Shown here piece by piece: positions 1 through 7,403 of a stretch of 32,000 bases of DNA (position 1 is its first letter; each line of letters opens with the position of its first letter). This DNA is from Candidatus Saccharimonadota bacterium. GTDB lineage: Bacteria > Patescibacteriota > Saccharimonadia > Saccharimonadales > Saccharimonadaceae. Location of the stretch: NCBI GenBank assembly GCA_039920285.1, contig JBDSDX010000001.1, positions 450,001-482,000 on the forward strand, given 5' to 3'. The notes beneath the pieces are model-generated. The model saw only the letters and a program-made list of their open reading frames with translations. It was not told the origin of the DNA and did no database searches. Both the position numbers and the translations under genes were made by a program.

Positions 1-285
1 AGAATCCGCCGAAATGCATTCGGGATACGACTGGTTACGTTTTTGGTCGTCGTCGTGCTCGTTACCGGCATCATGTTCTATCACTTCGTCGAGAAATTAT
101 CTTGGCTTAATGCAACATACTTCTCTGTTATGACTATTACTACTGTTGGGTACGGTGATATTTCTCCAACGACTGATGGTGGAAAGATTTTCACTATGGG
201 GTACGTGTTAGTGGGGCTTATTCTCATCGCAGTGCTCGCTAACCTGCTCATAAAGAGTGCGGTCGCGCGACATATAATCAAGTAA
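1..285 (+). CDS. Two-TM pore-only potassium channel (KcsA-like / Ion_trans_2 type), 5'-partial
   Basis: Frame 1 is open from base 1, with no stop before the TTG at 43, so the gene probably runs off the left edge. It has the canonical K+ selectivity filter TTVGYGD between two hydrophobic helices (LVTFLVVVVLVTGIMFY and IFTMGYVLVGLILIAVLANLLI). It stops at TAA 283-285 with no RCK or ligand-binding domain. Confidence 0.8.
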   Translation, partial: RIRRNAFGIRLVTFLVVVVLVTGIMFYHFVEKLSWLNATYFSVMTITTVGYGDISPTTDGGKIFTMGYVLVGLILIAVLANLLIKSAVARHIIK

Positions 286-323
286 GCCTCTTACCTCCAG
301 CATTTTGAGAACAGAGATAATCG

Positions 324-332
324 TGGTATAAA
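324..332 (+). promoter_or_regulatory. Extended -10 element (TGgTATAAA) 6 nt upstream of ATG 339, suggesting a leaderless start
   Basis: The sequence was read directly. There is no Shine-Dalgarno motif between the box and the ATG. Confidence 0.4.
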
Positions 333-338
333 TTGATT

Positions 339-851
339 ATGCATACAATCCAAGAAACACATGAAATAAATACTAAACACCATAAATTGGTGATTCAGAG
401 TTATCGTGCAAAATCAGACGCCAAGCGAACACTTTCTGACAAGTTCGCTGACAAATTAACGGCAAAGTTCGGAACTGTTTTTTTCCTAGCTCTTAACGCA
501 CTGTGGTTTTTTGTGTGGATTCCTATCAATATGAATCTTATTCCTGGAATTAAGCCGTTCGATCCTTTTCCGTTTGGTTTACTGACTATGATCGTGTCAC
601 TCGAAGCGATTTTCCTGGCGATTATCGTCTTGATTTCGCAGAACCGTGCTGCAAAAGTTGCGGAGCTTCGTGAAGAAATTGATCTTCAGATTAATTCAAT
701 TGCCGAGAGCGAAATTACGAAGATATTGGTATTGATGGGAATGTTACTTGATAAGAATGGTATCGAACTTGATGATCCTGACATTGCCGAGATGGTTCGT
801 CCGATCAAGAGCAAAGATATCGAAAAAATTCTCGAATTACAACTTAAGTAA
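339..851 (+). CDS. DUF1003 family membrane protein
   Basis: The central two-TM core (FGTVFFLALNALWFFVWIPIN ... PFPFGLLTMIVSLEAIFLAIIVLISQNR) followed by a charged helix is the pattern I associate with DUF1003. I prefer ATG 339 to the TTG at 333 because TGgTATAAA (324-332) lies 6 nt upstream of it. Confidence 0.65.
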   Translation: MHTIQETHEINTKHHKLVIQSYRAKSDAKRTLSDKFADKLTAKFGTVFFLALNALWFFVWIPINMNLIPGIKPFDPFPFGLLTMIVSLEAIFLAIIVLISQNRAAKVAELREEIDLQINSIAESEITKILVLMGMLLDKNGIELDDPDIAEMVRPIKSKDIEKILELQLK

Positions 852-861
852 AGAGGTGACA

Positions 862-1359
862 ATGACAAAATTCTATCTTCCTGTACTTGCAGGAACGACA
901 CGTGAGCAACGTAAGAGCATTTTTGCTGCTCGCCTAGTAGCGGAGGTCGGTAATACTTTTGACGAAGTTGAGACTGAAGTGATCGACCCGAAAGATTTTA
1001 ATTTCCCCGGTGATGGTAATGACCCAGAAGGCAAAGACTCTCGTTATACGGCAATCACCGAACGTGCTGATGGCTTCTTTGTTGTTTCACCTGAATATAA
1101 CCATAGTTTCCCAGGATCGCTGAAGCGCATGCTTGATAGTGAGCTTGCAAACTATATACACAAACCAGTTGCTTTTGCCGGTGCTTCGTCGGGCCAGTGG
1201 GGTGGTGTTCGTGCAATTGAGGCTTTGGTGAGTAGTGTTCGTGAGATGGGCCTTGTTTCGACTTTTACTGATATGCAATTTCCAAAGGTACAAGAACTTT
1301 TTGACGATGATGGCGTTCTTCTAAACGAAGCCTATCGTGAATATGTCAAAGGTGCGTAG
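862..1359 (+). CDS. NADPH-dependent FMN reductase family protein, ending at an in-frame TAG (possibly nonsense-truncated, see findings)
   Basis: Family signature SPEYNHSFPGSLKRMLD is present. AAGAGG (851-856) lies 5 nt upstream of ATG 862. The longer ORF-track start at 748 overlaps the upstream gene and has no homology support. The reading frame continues for 24 more codons after TAG 1357-1359. Confidence 0.8.
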   Translation: MTKFYLPVLAGTTREQRKSIFAARLVAEVGNTFDEVETEVIDPKDFNFPGDGNDPEGKDSRYTAITERADGFFVVSPEYNHSFPGSLKRMLDSELANYIHKPVAFAGASSGQWGGVRAIEALVSSVREMGLVSTFTDMQFPKVQELFDDDGVLLNEAYREYVKGA

Positions 1360-1446
1360 ATTGAACTTATTTGGATGACAAAGACACTCCAATACGGACG
1401 TGAAAACGTCGAGAGCAAACATCACAAAAAATAGGCAAGTAGAAAA

Positions 1447-2001
1447 CTAGTTGTCGACAACTAAACAGGTACTCTGGGAGCTTGCGTCGCCAGTGTAGTA
1501 CACATATGCCTTTTCTTCTTGGTAGTTCCAGAATTCAACTCTGTTACCACCTGTGCCACAGTCAAGTAAGGCAATGACATTTGGTGATGCCGGTTCGCTG
1601 GTAAGTGTTTGGGTGGCAAAGCTAATTCCTGTCGCGACACCGGTTGTTTCATCTTGAAGTTGAGTTGCGTTCTTTGGGTAGGCGCCTTTATTTGCATTGT
1701 ATGTCTCCACCCACTTCACGACAGCTTGGGCGTTGGCCTGTGCGCTCGTTGTGTTGGCTTTTGCAGTGATGCCATTATATGAGACGATCGTGATAGCGAA
1801 AAAGATGCCGATTCCTATAACAGTCATGACGCTACCGATAACTATTCCAGCCAACGCAAGGCCATTTGTAAAGCCAGCTCTTTTTGATTTCGAGAGAGCG
1901 ATGATTGATACGATCAGTCCTGCAAGAGAGGAGACGAAGGAGAGGATGAATCCTACAATACCTAGTGTTTTGCCGGGGTCTACTTTGGGTGCTGTTGCCA
2001 T
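1447..2001 (-). CDS. Membrane protein: DUF4190-like two-TM hairpin plus a pilin-like extracellular domain
   Basis: The N-terminus GIVGFILSFVSSLAGLIVSIIALSKSKRAGFTNGLALAGIVIGSVMTV matches the DUF4190 pattern. The following segment, SYNGITAKANTTSAQANAQAVVKWVETYNANKGAYP, resembles the helix-to-globular-domain transition of type IV pilins and pseudopilins. There are two C-terminal Cys residues. AAAGGA lies 5 nt upstream of the ATG on the minus strand. Confidence 0.7.
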   Translation of the reverse strand: MATAPKVDPGKTLGIVGFILSFVSSLAGLIVSIIALSKSKRAGFTNGLALAGIVIGSVMTVIGIGIFFAITIVSYNGITAKANTTSAQANAQAVVKWVETYNANKGAYPKNATQLQDETTGVATGISFATQTLTSEPASPNVIALLDCGTGGNRVEFWNYQEEKAYVYYTGDASSQSTCLVVDN

Positions 2002-2069
2002 ATAATTCCTTTGCTTAAAAGCTTATGAATATATCATAGCACTTCCTAGTAGTCTGCGAGCCGAAGGGC

Positions 2070-2075
2070 TATACT
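2070..2075 (+). promoter_or_regulatory. -10 box TATACT 6 nt upstream of ATG 2082, suggesting a leaderless start
   Basis: The sequence is gcTATACTagatgtATG. The same TATACTAGA context occurs at the rmuC start. Confidence 0.4.
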
Positions 2076-2081
2076 AGATGT

Positions 2082-2465
2082 ATGGCGAATACATATATTC
2101 CGGGGATGTGTAATATTGGTCCGGCGGAGCGACGAATGCGTCGTATCGCTGGTATCTTGGGTGCGGTAGTGACACTCGCGTTACTTGCGCTTCTTGTGGT
2201 AAATGATGTTTCAATCTGGTGGCGACTTATTCTTATTATTCCGGCTGCTGGTTCAGCGACTGGTTTCTTGCAGGACGCGATGCATTTTTGTGCGGCATTC
2301 GGTATGAGAGGTATGTACAATGTGATCAATAGCGCCGGAGTTGTCGATAATGTCGAGCTGGAAGAGTATCGTTTGAAAGATCGTCGCAAGGCACTGCAGA
2401 TTGTTTTATTATCCGGCGTGATTGGTATCGTATTTGCAGGACTAACTCTGCTCATTAATGTATAG
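2082..2465 (+). CDS. Small membrane protein, DUF2892/YgaP-TM-like
   Basis: The N-terminal motif CNIGPAERRMRRIAG followed by two TM helices and an FC-containing segment resembles the N-x-G-x2-(D/E)R-x2-R-x3-G pattern of DUF2892. TATACT (2070-2075) lies 6 nt upstream of the ATG. Confidence 0.55.
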   Translation: MANTYIPGMCNIGPAERRMRRIAGILGAVVTLALLALLVVNDVSIWWRLILIIPAAGSATGFLQDAMHFCAAFGMRGMYNVINSAGVVDNVELEEYRLKDRRKALQIVLLSGVIGIVFAGLTLLINV

Positions 2466-2470
2466 GAGGA

Positions 2471-2863
2471 ATGATGATTACAGCACTTTCAACGTTTAGC
2501 GGTATGTCAGTCGATGACATTAAAAAAGCGCGCGAATTTTATGTGGACACACTTCAATTAACCGTTACTGACGACTCGATGGGACTGCAATTGGAACTCC
2601 CAGGTGGCGGCCAACTATTTTTATATGAAAAAGAAGGCCATGTGCCGGCTGAATTTACGACATTAAACTTTGTCGTGGAGAGTATCGATGAGACGATTGA
2701 TCATTTAGCTGGTCACCATGGTATTAAGTTTGAGATGTATGACACTATGCCCGGTGCTCAAGACGAAAAGGGGATTATGCGTGGTAAAGCTGCCAATCGC
2801 GGTCCGGATATTGCATGGTTCAAAGACCCAGCGGGTAATATCTTAGCTGTACTGGAGCCATAA
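2471..2863 (+). CDS. VOC (glyoxalase/bleomycin-resistance/dioxygenase) family protein
   Basis: The protein is 130 aa with beta-alpha-beta-beta-beta-type sequence, ending in the typical DPAGNILAVLEP. AGGAGG (2464-2469) lies immediately upstream. The start could be ATG 2471 or ATG 2474. Confidence 0.8.
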   Translation: MMITALSTFSGMSVDDIKKAREFYVDTLQLTVTDDSMGLQLELPGGGQLFLYEKEGHVPAEFTTLNFVVESIDETIDHLAGHHGIKFEMYDTMPGAQDEKGIMRGKAANRGPDIAWFKDPAGNILAVLEP

Positions 2864-3046
2864 AAACCTAAAACTGATGTCGACTCCAGCTTTGCCTTCA
2901 CTGAGCCCACTCAGCATCGGCTTGAGAGCCAACGCGTCGGTGAGTTTGAGATGGGTGACCGGCAAGGCGATCGCCAACTCGTTGAGCAGACGTTCCAAAG
3001 AAACGTCAGCGCTCCAGACGATGTCTTCAACGGGGTTGAATGACAT
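2843..3046 (-). CDS. Hypothetical 67-aa ORF, possibly the N-terminal remnant of a longer gene
   Basis: AAGGAAGG lies 5 nt upstream of ATG 3046 on the minus strand. The first ~55 aa (MSFNPVEDIVWSADVSLERLLNELAIALPVTHLKLTDALALKPMLSGLSEGKAGVD) look protein-like. The last ~10 aa come from the 21 nt that overlap the 3' end of the VOC gene. I recognise no family. Confidence 0.3.
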   Translation of the reverse strand: MSFNPVEDIVWSADVSLERLLNELAIALPVTHLKLTDALALKPMLSGLSEGKAGVDISFRFLWLQYS

Positions 3047-3167
3047 GTTTACCTTCCTTCGTACATAGGGTGTATGGGGATCCAAACCTTTGTTAGGCCA
3101 GGCGAGTACCGAGAAAATCTCGACACTAGTCTGACCTAAACGCTGTTAATGAAAAGATTGCAATCAA

Positions 3168-4532
3168 TCAGGAATGATTATGTCGTTTAATAGGGGTGAG
3201 TGCAAGCGGGAGCGTGATGATGAAGTCTGTACAATCACTCTTTGCGGATAATCTGATGGATCCTTTGAAGTGTGTTTCAGTAATTTGTTTTGCGATATAT
3301 AGCCCCATGCCAGATCCAGCAGCTTTACTGCTCTGGAGGGGTTTAAATAGTTCTTTTCTTTTATCAATACTTATACCTGAACCAAAGTCAATTACTTGAA
3401 TCTTTAGCTTATTTTTATTAGTAGAGAGTCTAATAATAATTTGCTTAGCAGTAGAGTCGCTGGTATTTTTATATGAATCGATAGCATTATTTACTAATAT
3501 CGTCAGAACATGAGAGAATCTTATCGCGTCTCCGAATAAATAACTTCCGTTTTTGTTGATTTTTTCCTCAACTACTAACACAACATTCGATTGTTCGATC
3601 TTTCTTGATAGAGACTCATTCACTCCTTTAATGATCTTCAGCGCATTAAATCGAGTAGGCATACTCGACTCTTTGATTTGCGCTCTAACTTGATCAATCA
3701 TCGAGTCAAGATAACTAATACTTTCTTGAACTCTAATTACAGATGATGACTGCTTATGTCTATGTTTCAAGTCATCGACGTCGAGCGTTAAAATACTTAA
3801 ATAATTTGCTAATTCATGCAGAATAACTGTCGTAAGTTGGCCAAGCTCTGCGAAATGATGTAACTGAGCCATCTCTTTGATTTGCGCTTCACGAAGAGAT
3901 TTAGTCCGTTCCTCAAGTCTTACTGCGAGAAGATCTCTTTCCTTTTCAAGCTTTGCTTCCGCATCTTTTGCGCGAGATAGTGACCTTTCGACTTGGATAC
4001 CTGCTATCCAAGCAATGAGAGCAAATATTCCGAATATTATAGCGTAGCTCATTACGTCACCGATACCTGATTCGATCGCGAGAGATGATCGATCTGGCTC
4101 AATGATATGAAATGTCGTCACGAGTTGAATGCTTATGAGAAGTGTGATGATGCCAATAGTCACACGCAGTATATATGAGGATCCAAGAAGAATGGCCGAT
4201 AAGAATATGACAAACGCCATAATCAAAATGCCCACAGGTGCGTTGATACTCCAGGCGACAAGGCAATAAGTACCGACGAAGCTATAAAGGCCTAGAATCA
4301 TCCAAGCAGCAGCCGCTATGCGCAAATGGTTAATCAATAAACCGGTTATTGACAGGTATGCCAATAATGAGAGACCTATGATAATTCGATTAATCACATA
4401 CTCGTTATGAAATATCAGTAAACTCAGGACGAGTATAGAAGTAAGACACACCGCTACTAACAATGTTCCAATATAAACAATTTCTACAATGTGTTTGGGT
4501 CTCTTGAGGTAATTTCTAATGAGTTGTAGCAT
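3168..4532 (-). CDS. Sensor histidine kinase, intramembrane-sensing type (six TM helices, no periplasmic domain)
   Basis: The N-terminal ~190 aa form six hydrophobic helices joined by loops of 15 aa or less, followed by a coiled-coil linker. Kinase boxes are present: H-box ILHELANYLS, N-box ILVNNAIDS, G1 IDFGSGI and G2 GSGMGLYIA. Confidence 0.9.
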   Translation of the reverse strand: MLQLIRNYLKRPKHIVEIVYIGTLLVAVCLTSILVLSLLIFHNEYVINRIIIGLSLLAYLSITGLLINHLRIAAAAWMILGLYSFVGTYCLVAWSINAPVGILIMAFVIFLSAILLGSSYILRVTIGIITLLISIQLVTTFHIIEPDRSSLAIESGIGDVMSYAIIFGIFALIAWIAGIQVERSLSRAKDAEAKLEKERDLLAVRLEERTKSLREAQIKEMAQLHHFAELGQLTTVILHELANYLSILTLDVDDLKHRHKQSSSVIRVQESISYLDSMIDQVRAQIKESSMPTRFNALKIIKGVNESLSRKIEQSNVVLVVEEKINKNGSYLFGDAIRFSHVLTILVNNAIDSYKNTSDSTAKQIIIRLSTNKNKLKIQVIDFGSGISIDKRKELFKPLQSSKAAGSGMGLYIAKQITETHFKGSIRLSAKSDCTDFIITLPLALTPIKRHNHS

Positions 4533-4539
4533 TCATTTT

Positions 4540-5214
4540 TTACCCTAATGAGTCAACTCTATACCCTAAACCGTATGCAGTCTTTATTATCGGTGTAGAA
4601 AACGGTCGGTCAATCTTATCTCGTAGATGTTTGATATGAACATCTACAGTACTGATCCAGCTCGTTTTGTCGGCATCCCATACGTGATTCATTATCATTT
4701 CTCGAGTAAGAACTCTTCCATGATTAGTAATGAGGTATTCTAATATATCGAATTCTTTTCGTCGTAAATATATTTCCTGACCATCTCTTACGACTTTTCG
4801 TTGGTCGATGTTCATAGTTAAGTCTAGATACTCGATGACTGGAGTTGAATTTTGTCGCGATTTTCTTCGACCAAGTGCTTTGACGCGAGCTCTTAATTCG
4901 TCTGCATCAAAGGGCTTTGTCATATAGTCGTCAGCACCCTCATTTAAAAGATCAACTTTCGAATTAGTATCGGCATTTCCAGTGAGAATAAGAATAGGGG
5001 TATTAATAGATTGTTTCCGTAATTGTCGACAAATCTCCAGGCCTGTCATATCGGGTAATCCAAGATCGAGAATGATCACACCGTAGGTTACTTGAGAAAT
5101 TTTATCTAATACTTCGTGACCATTTTGTGCAATGTCTACACTATGCAACTTGTGTAGTTTCTCCATAATACGTTCAGCAAGGCGCGCGTTGTCTTCAACT
5201 ACAAGCAATTTCAT
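4540..5214 (-). CDS. OmpR/PhoB-family response regulator (receiver domain plus winged-helix DNA-binding domain)
   Basis: The receiver domain has MKLLVVEDN, the phospho-acceptor region VIILDLGLPDMTG and the conserved K in YMTKPF. The C-terminal trans_reg_C domain has LRRKEFDILEYL and ends in AYGLGYRV. It lies 7 nt upstream of the kinase gene on the same strand. Confidence 0.95.
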   Translation of the reverse strand: MKLLVVEDNARLAERIMEKLHKLHSVDIAQNGHEVLDKISQVTYGVIILDLGLPDMTGLEICRQLRKQSINTPILILTGNADTNSKVDLLNEGADDYMTKPFDADELRARVKALGRRKSRQNSTPVIEYLDLTMNIDQRKVVRDGQEIYLRRKEFDILEYLITNHGRVLTREMIMNHVWDADKTSWISTVDVHIKHLRDKIDRPFSTPIIKTAYGLGYRVDSLG

Positions 5215-5336
5215 GTCGTTATTTTATACCTGTTTAATTTCTAATCCTAGCTTAGAAAATACTTATTAAATAAATATGAAGTTTTTATATATTACCTATT
5301 CACGACAGTAAATAGAAGAAGTAGTATCATAGTACT

Positions 5337-5837
5337 ATGACCCAAGAACTCCTTATTCACCTCATTGCCGATGGCGCCGTGATCCCAGTGTTTTTGATTG
5401 GGGCCTACGTGTTACTCTTCAAGATTCCAAAAGGCCACCGCTGGGAGTCATACGCCCGTATCATTATGGCTGCACTGACGGCGTATCTTTTTGCTCGCTT
5501 TATCGGCACGATTTATCAGCCTGAAGCACTTCGTCCGTTCCAGATTGCTGGTACTGAAGCTGGCGCGCTGTATTTGAACAACCCGGGCTTTCCTTCGGAC
5601 CATGCGTTATTTGTGACGGTCATTACGGCTGCGGTCTGGTTTGAGACGCGCATGAAGAAGACAACCCTCGTATTGGTGGGCTTAGTGATTTTGATATGTA
5701 TCGGCCGCGTGATTGCTGGCGTGCACACCCCTCTCGATGTTATTGGGGGAGTCGTGATCGCGCTGGTGGGATCGTTGTGGTATTTCAATAAGACGGGTGG
5801 GCAGAAAGTGAAGAAGCATGGCAAAAGTACTCGTTGA
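5337..5837 (+). CDS. PAP2-family (type 2 phosphatidic acid / undecaprenyl-diphosphate-type) phosphatase, membrane-bound
   Basis: PAP2 motifs PSDH (C2) and GRVIAGVHTPLDVIGG (C3, SRx5Hx3D-like) sit within a polytopic membrane protein. Confidence 0.85.
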   Translation: MTQELLIHLIADGAVIPVFLIGAYVLLFKIPKGHRWESYARIIMAALTAYLFARFIGTIYQPEALRPFQIAGTEAGALYLNNPGFPSDHALFVTVITAAVWFETRMKKTTLVLVGLVILICIGRVIAGVHTPLDVIGGVVIALVGSLWYFNKTGGQKVKKHGKSTR

Positions 5838-6297
5838 TAAGGTGGTGGTCACTCGCCCATGGATGGAGTGGTTAAAAATTGTATTGATCGGAGCCGGTAT
5901 CGGCATCGTGTTCTGGCTACTGACGATTATGTTGACGCGCTATGTCGTCGAACCGTTAACCTGTAAGAATATTGCCGATGCGGCGAACTGTGTGAATGCG
6001 TCGTCGCTGGCAGGGAATATTGCGACGGTCATCACCGCATTGGTGGCGATCTTGATCTTGATTCGGATGCGCGTCATTCAGCCAGTTATCTTGGCGGTAG
6101 GCACAGCGGCACTACTATGGGATCTGTCCGCGTGGTTCTCTGGGCTTTTCTGGCTTGAAGCCTTTGGTTGGACGATTTTGCTCTATGGATTATGTTTCGG
6201 ACTGTTTGCCTGGATCTCTCGTTATTCACGGCTACTTTTTGCGGTGATTATTAGTCTCATGATCATCTTGATTATCCGCATTGCCCTCGTGCTTTAA
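5818..6297 (+). CDS. Hypothetical four-TM membrane protein
   Basis: The 159-aa ORF has four long hydrophobic segments and a Cys-x8-Cys loop (CKNIADAANC). Its start overlaps the PAP2 gene by 20 nt. I recognise no family. Confidence 0.6.
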   Translation: MAKVLVDKVVVTRPWMEWLKIVLIGAGIGIVFWLLTIMLTRYVVEPLTCKNIADAANCVNASSLAGNIATVITALVAILILIRMRVIQPVILAVGTAALLWDLSAWFSGLFWLEAFGWTILLYGLCFGLFAWISRYSRLLFAVIISLMIILIIRIALVL

Positions 6298-6299
6298 GG

Positions 6300-6305
6300 T
6301 ATACT
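6300..6305 (+). promoter_or_regulatory. -10 box TATACT 6 nt upstream of the rmuC ATG 6312, suggesting a leaderless start
   Basis: The sequence is ggTATACTagagctATG, with no Shine-Dalgarno motif. Confidence 0.4.
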
Positions 6306-6311
6306 AGAGCT

Positions 6312-7385
6312 ATGGAACAAATCTTGTTAATCATTCTTTTAGTTGTGGTGGTCGGGCTAGCCTTTGCCCTGTTCTTTATTACCCAACGTCTGCGCGATAT
6401 GAAGTCGAGTGGAGGAGTGGAGATGTTGAAGACCGACGTGACGGAACTGAACCGCACCATTACCAACCTTCAGAGCTCACTGGGTGACAAACTAGAACGC
6501 AATGCCACCAATATGCAGACTTCAATGCAGAAGCAGCTCTCTGAGAGTGTGAAGCTGGTCAATGACGTCTCAACGCGTCTCGCCAAGCTCGATGAAACGA
6601 ACCGGCGCGTCGTGGATGTGGCCGATGAACTGAAGACCTTGCAGAATGTCCTGCAAAACCCGAAGCAACGTGGGGTCTTCGGTGAGTACTATCTCGAATC
6701 AGTCATGCAAAACATCTTGCCGACCAAAAATTATCAGATGCAATACAAGTTCCGTGATGGCCAGATCGCCGACGCGGTCGTTTTCCTAGATAAAGGCATG
6801 ATTTTGCCGATCGACAGCAAGTTTAGCCTCGAGAACTACAATCGTATGGTGTCGACGGGTACAAAGAGCGAGCGTGAAGACCTATTGAAGAAAGTCCGTA
6901 ATGACCTCAAAGCTCGCATCGATGAGACGAGTAAGTATATTCGTCCAGCTGAGAACACGATGGATTTCGCCTTCATGTTCATTCCGAGCGAATCGTTGTA
7001 CTATGACCTGCTGATTGGAGATGTCGGGACTGGCTCGTCTGCCCGTGACCTGATCGAGTACGCCTTCCAAGAAAAGAAAGTTATCATCGTCAGCCCGACG
7101 AGCTTCATGGCGTACCTTCAGACCGTTCTCCAAGGCCTTCGTAGCCTCCAGATCGAAGAGCAAGCCAAAGACATCCAGATTCAAGTCGGCAAGCTGGGGC
7201 GTCATATCAGCACCTTTGATAGCTTCATGAATAAGCTCGGCAACTCACTCGGTACAACGGTCAACCACTACAACAACGCGCACAAAGAACTCGCGAAGAT
7301 TGATACTGACGTCACGAAGATTGCAGGCAATGTGAAATCGGTTGAACCACTTTTGATTGATAAGCCGCGAGTTGATGAAGAATAG
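6312..7385 (+). CDS. rmuC: DNA recombination protein RmuC
   Basis: An N-terminal TM anchor and a coiled-coil are followed by the RmuC nuclease-like domain (NPKQRGVFGEYYLESVMQNILP ... FAFMFIPSESLYY). Confidence 0.9.
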   Translation: MEQILLIILLVVVVGLAFALFFITQRLRDMKSSGGVEMLKTDVTELNRTITNLQSSLGDKLERNATNMQTSMQKQLSESVKLVNDVSTRLAKLDETNRRVVDVADELKTLQNVLQNPKQRGVFGEYYLESVMQNILPTKNYQMQYKFRDGQIADAVVFLDKGMILPIDSKFSLENYNRMVSTGTKSEREDLLKKVRNDLKARIDETSKYIRPAENTMDFAFMFIPSESLYYDLLIGDVGTGSSARDLIEYAFQEKKVIIVSPTSFMAYLQTVLQGLRSLQIEEQAKDIQIQVGKLGRHISTFDSFMNKLGNSLGTTVNHYNNAHKELAKIDTDVTKIAGNVKSVEPLLIDKPRVDEE

Positions 7386-7403
7386 CAGTAAGATAATAAA
7401 ATT

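Noticed and set aside
748-861. The N-terminal extension of the FMN reductase ORF suggested by the six-frame track.
   Set aside because: It overlaps the 3' end of the DUF1003 gene and its translation looks non-native. The homology-like N-terminus MTKFYLPVLAGT starts at ATG 862, which has a well-spaced AAGAGG.
1448-1463. A perfect 16-nt palindrome, TAGTTGTCGACAACTA, at the convergent junction after the FMN reductase, as a possible terminator or protein-binding site.
   Set aside because: It has no loop, so the usable stem is only ~6 bp, and it has no U-tract. It lies within the last codons of the minus-strand gene and contains a GTCGAC site, so it is probably coincidental.
5276-5311. An 11-codon mini-ORF (MKFLYITYSRQ) in the divergent region between the response regulator and PAP2 genes, as a possible leader peptide.
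   Set aside because: It has no RBS and no associated alternative hairpins. The region is AT-rich, so short ORFs arise by chance.
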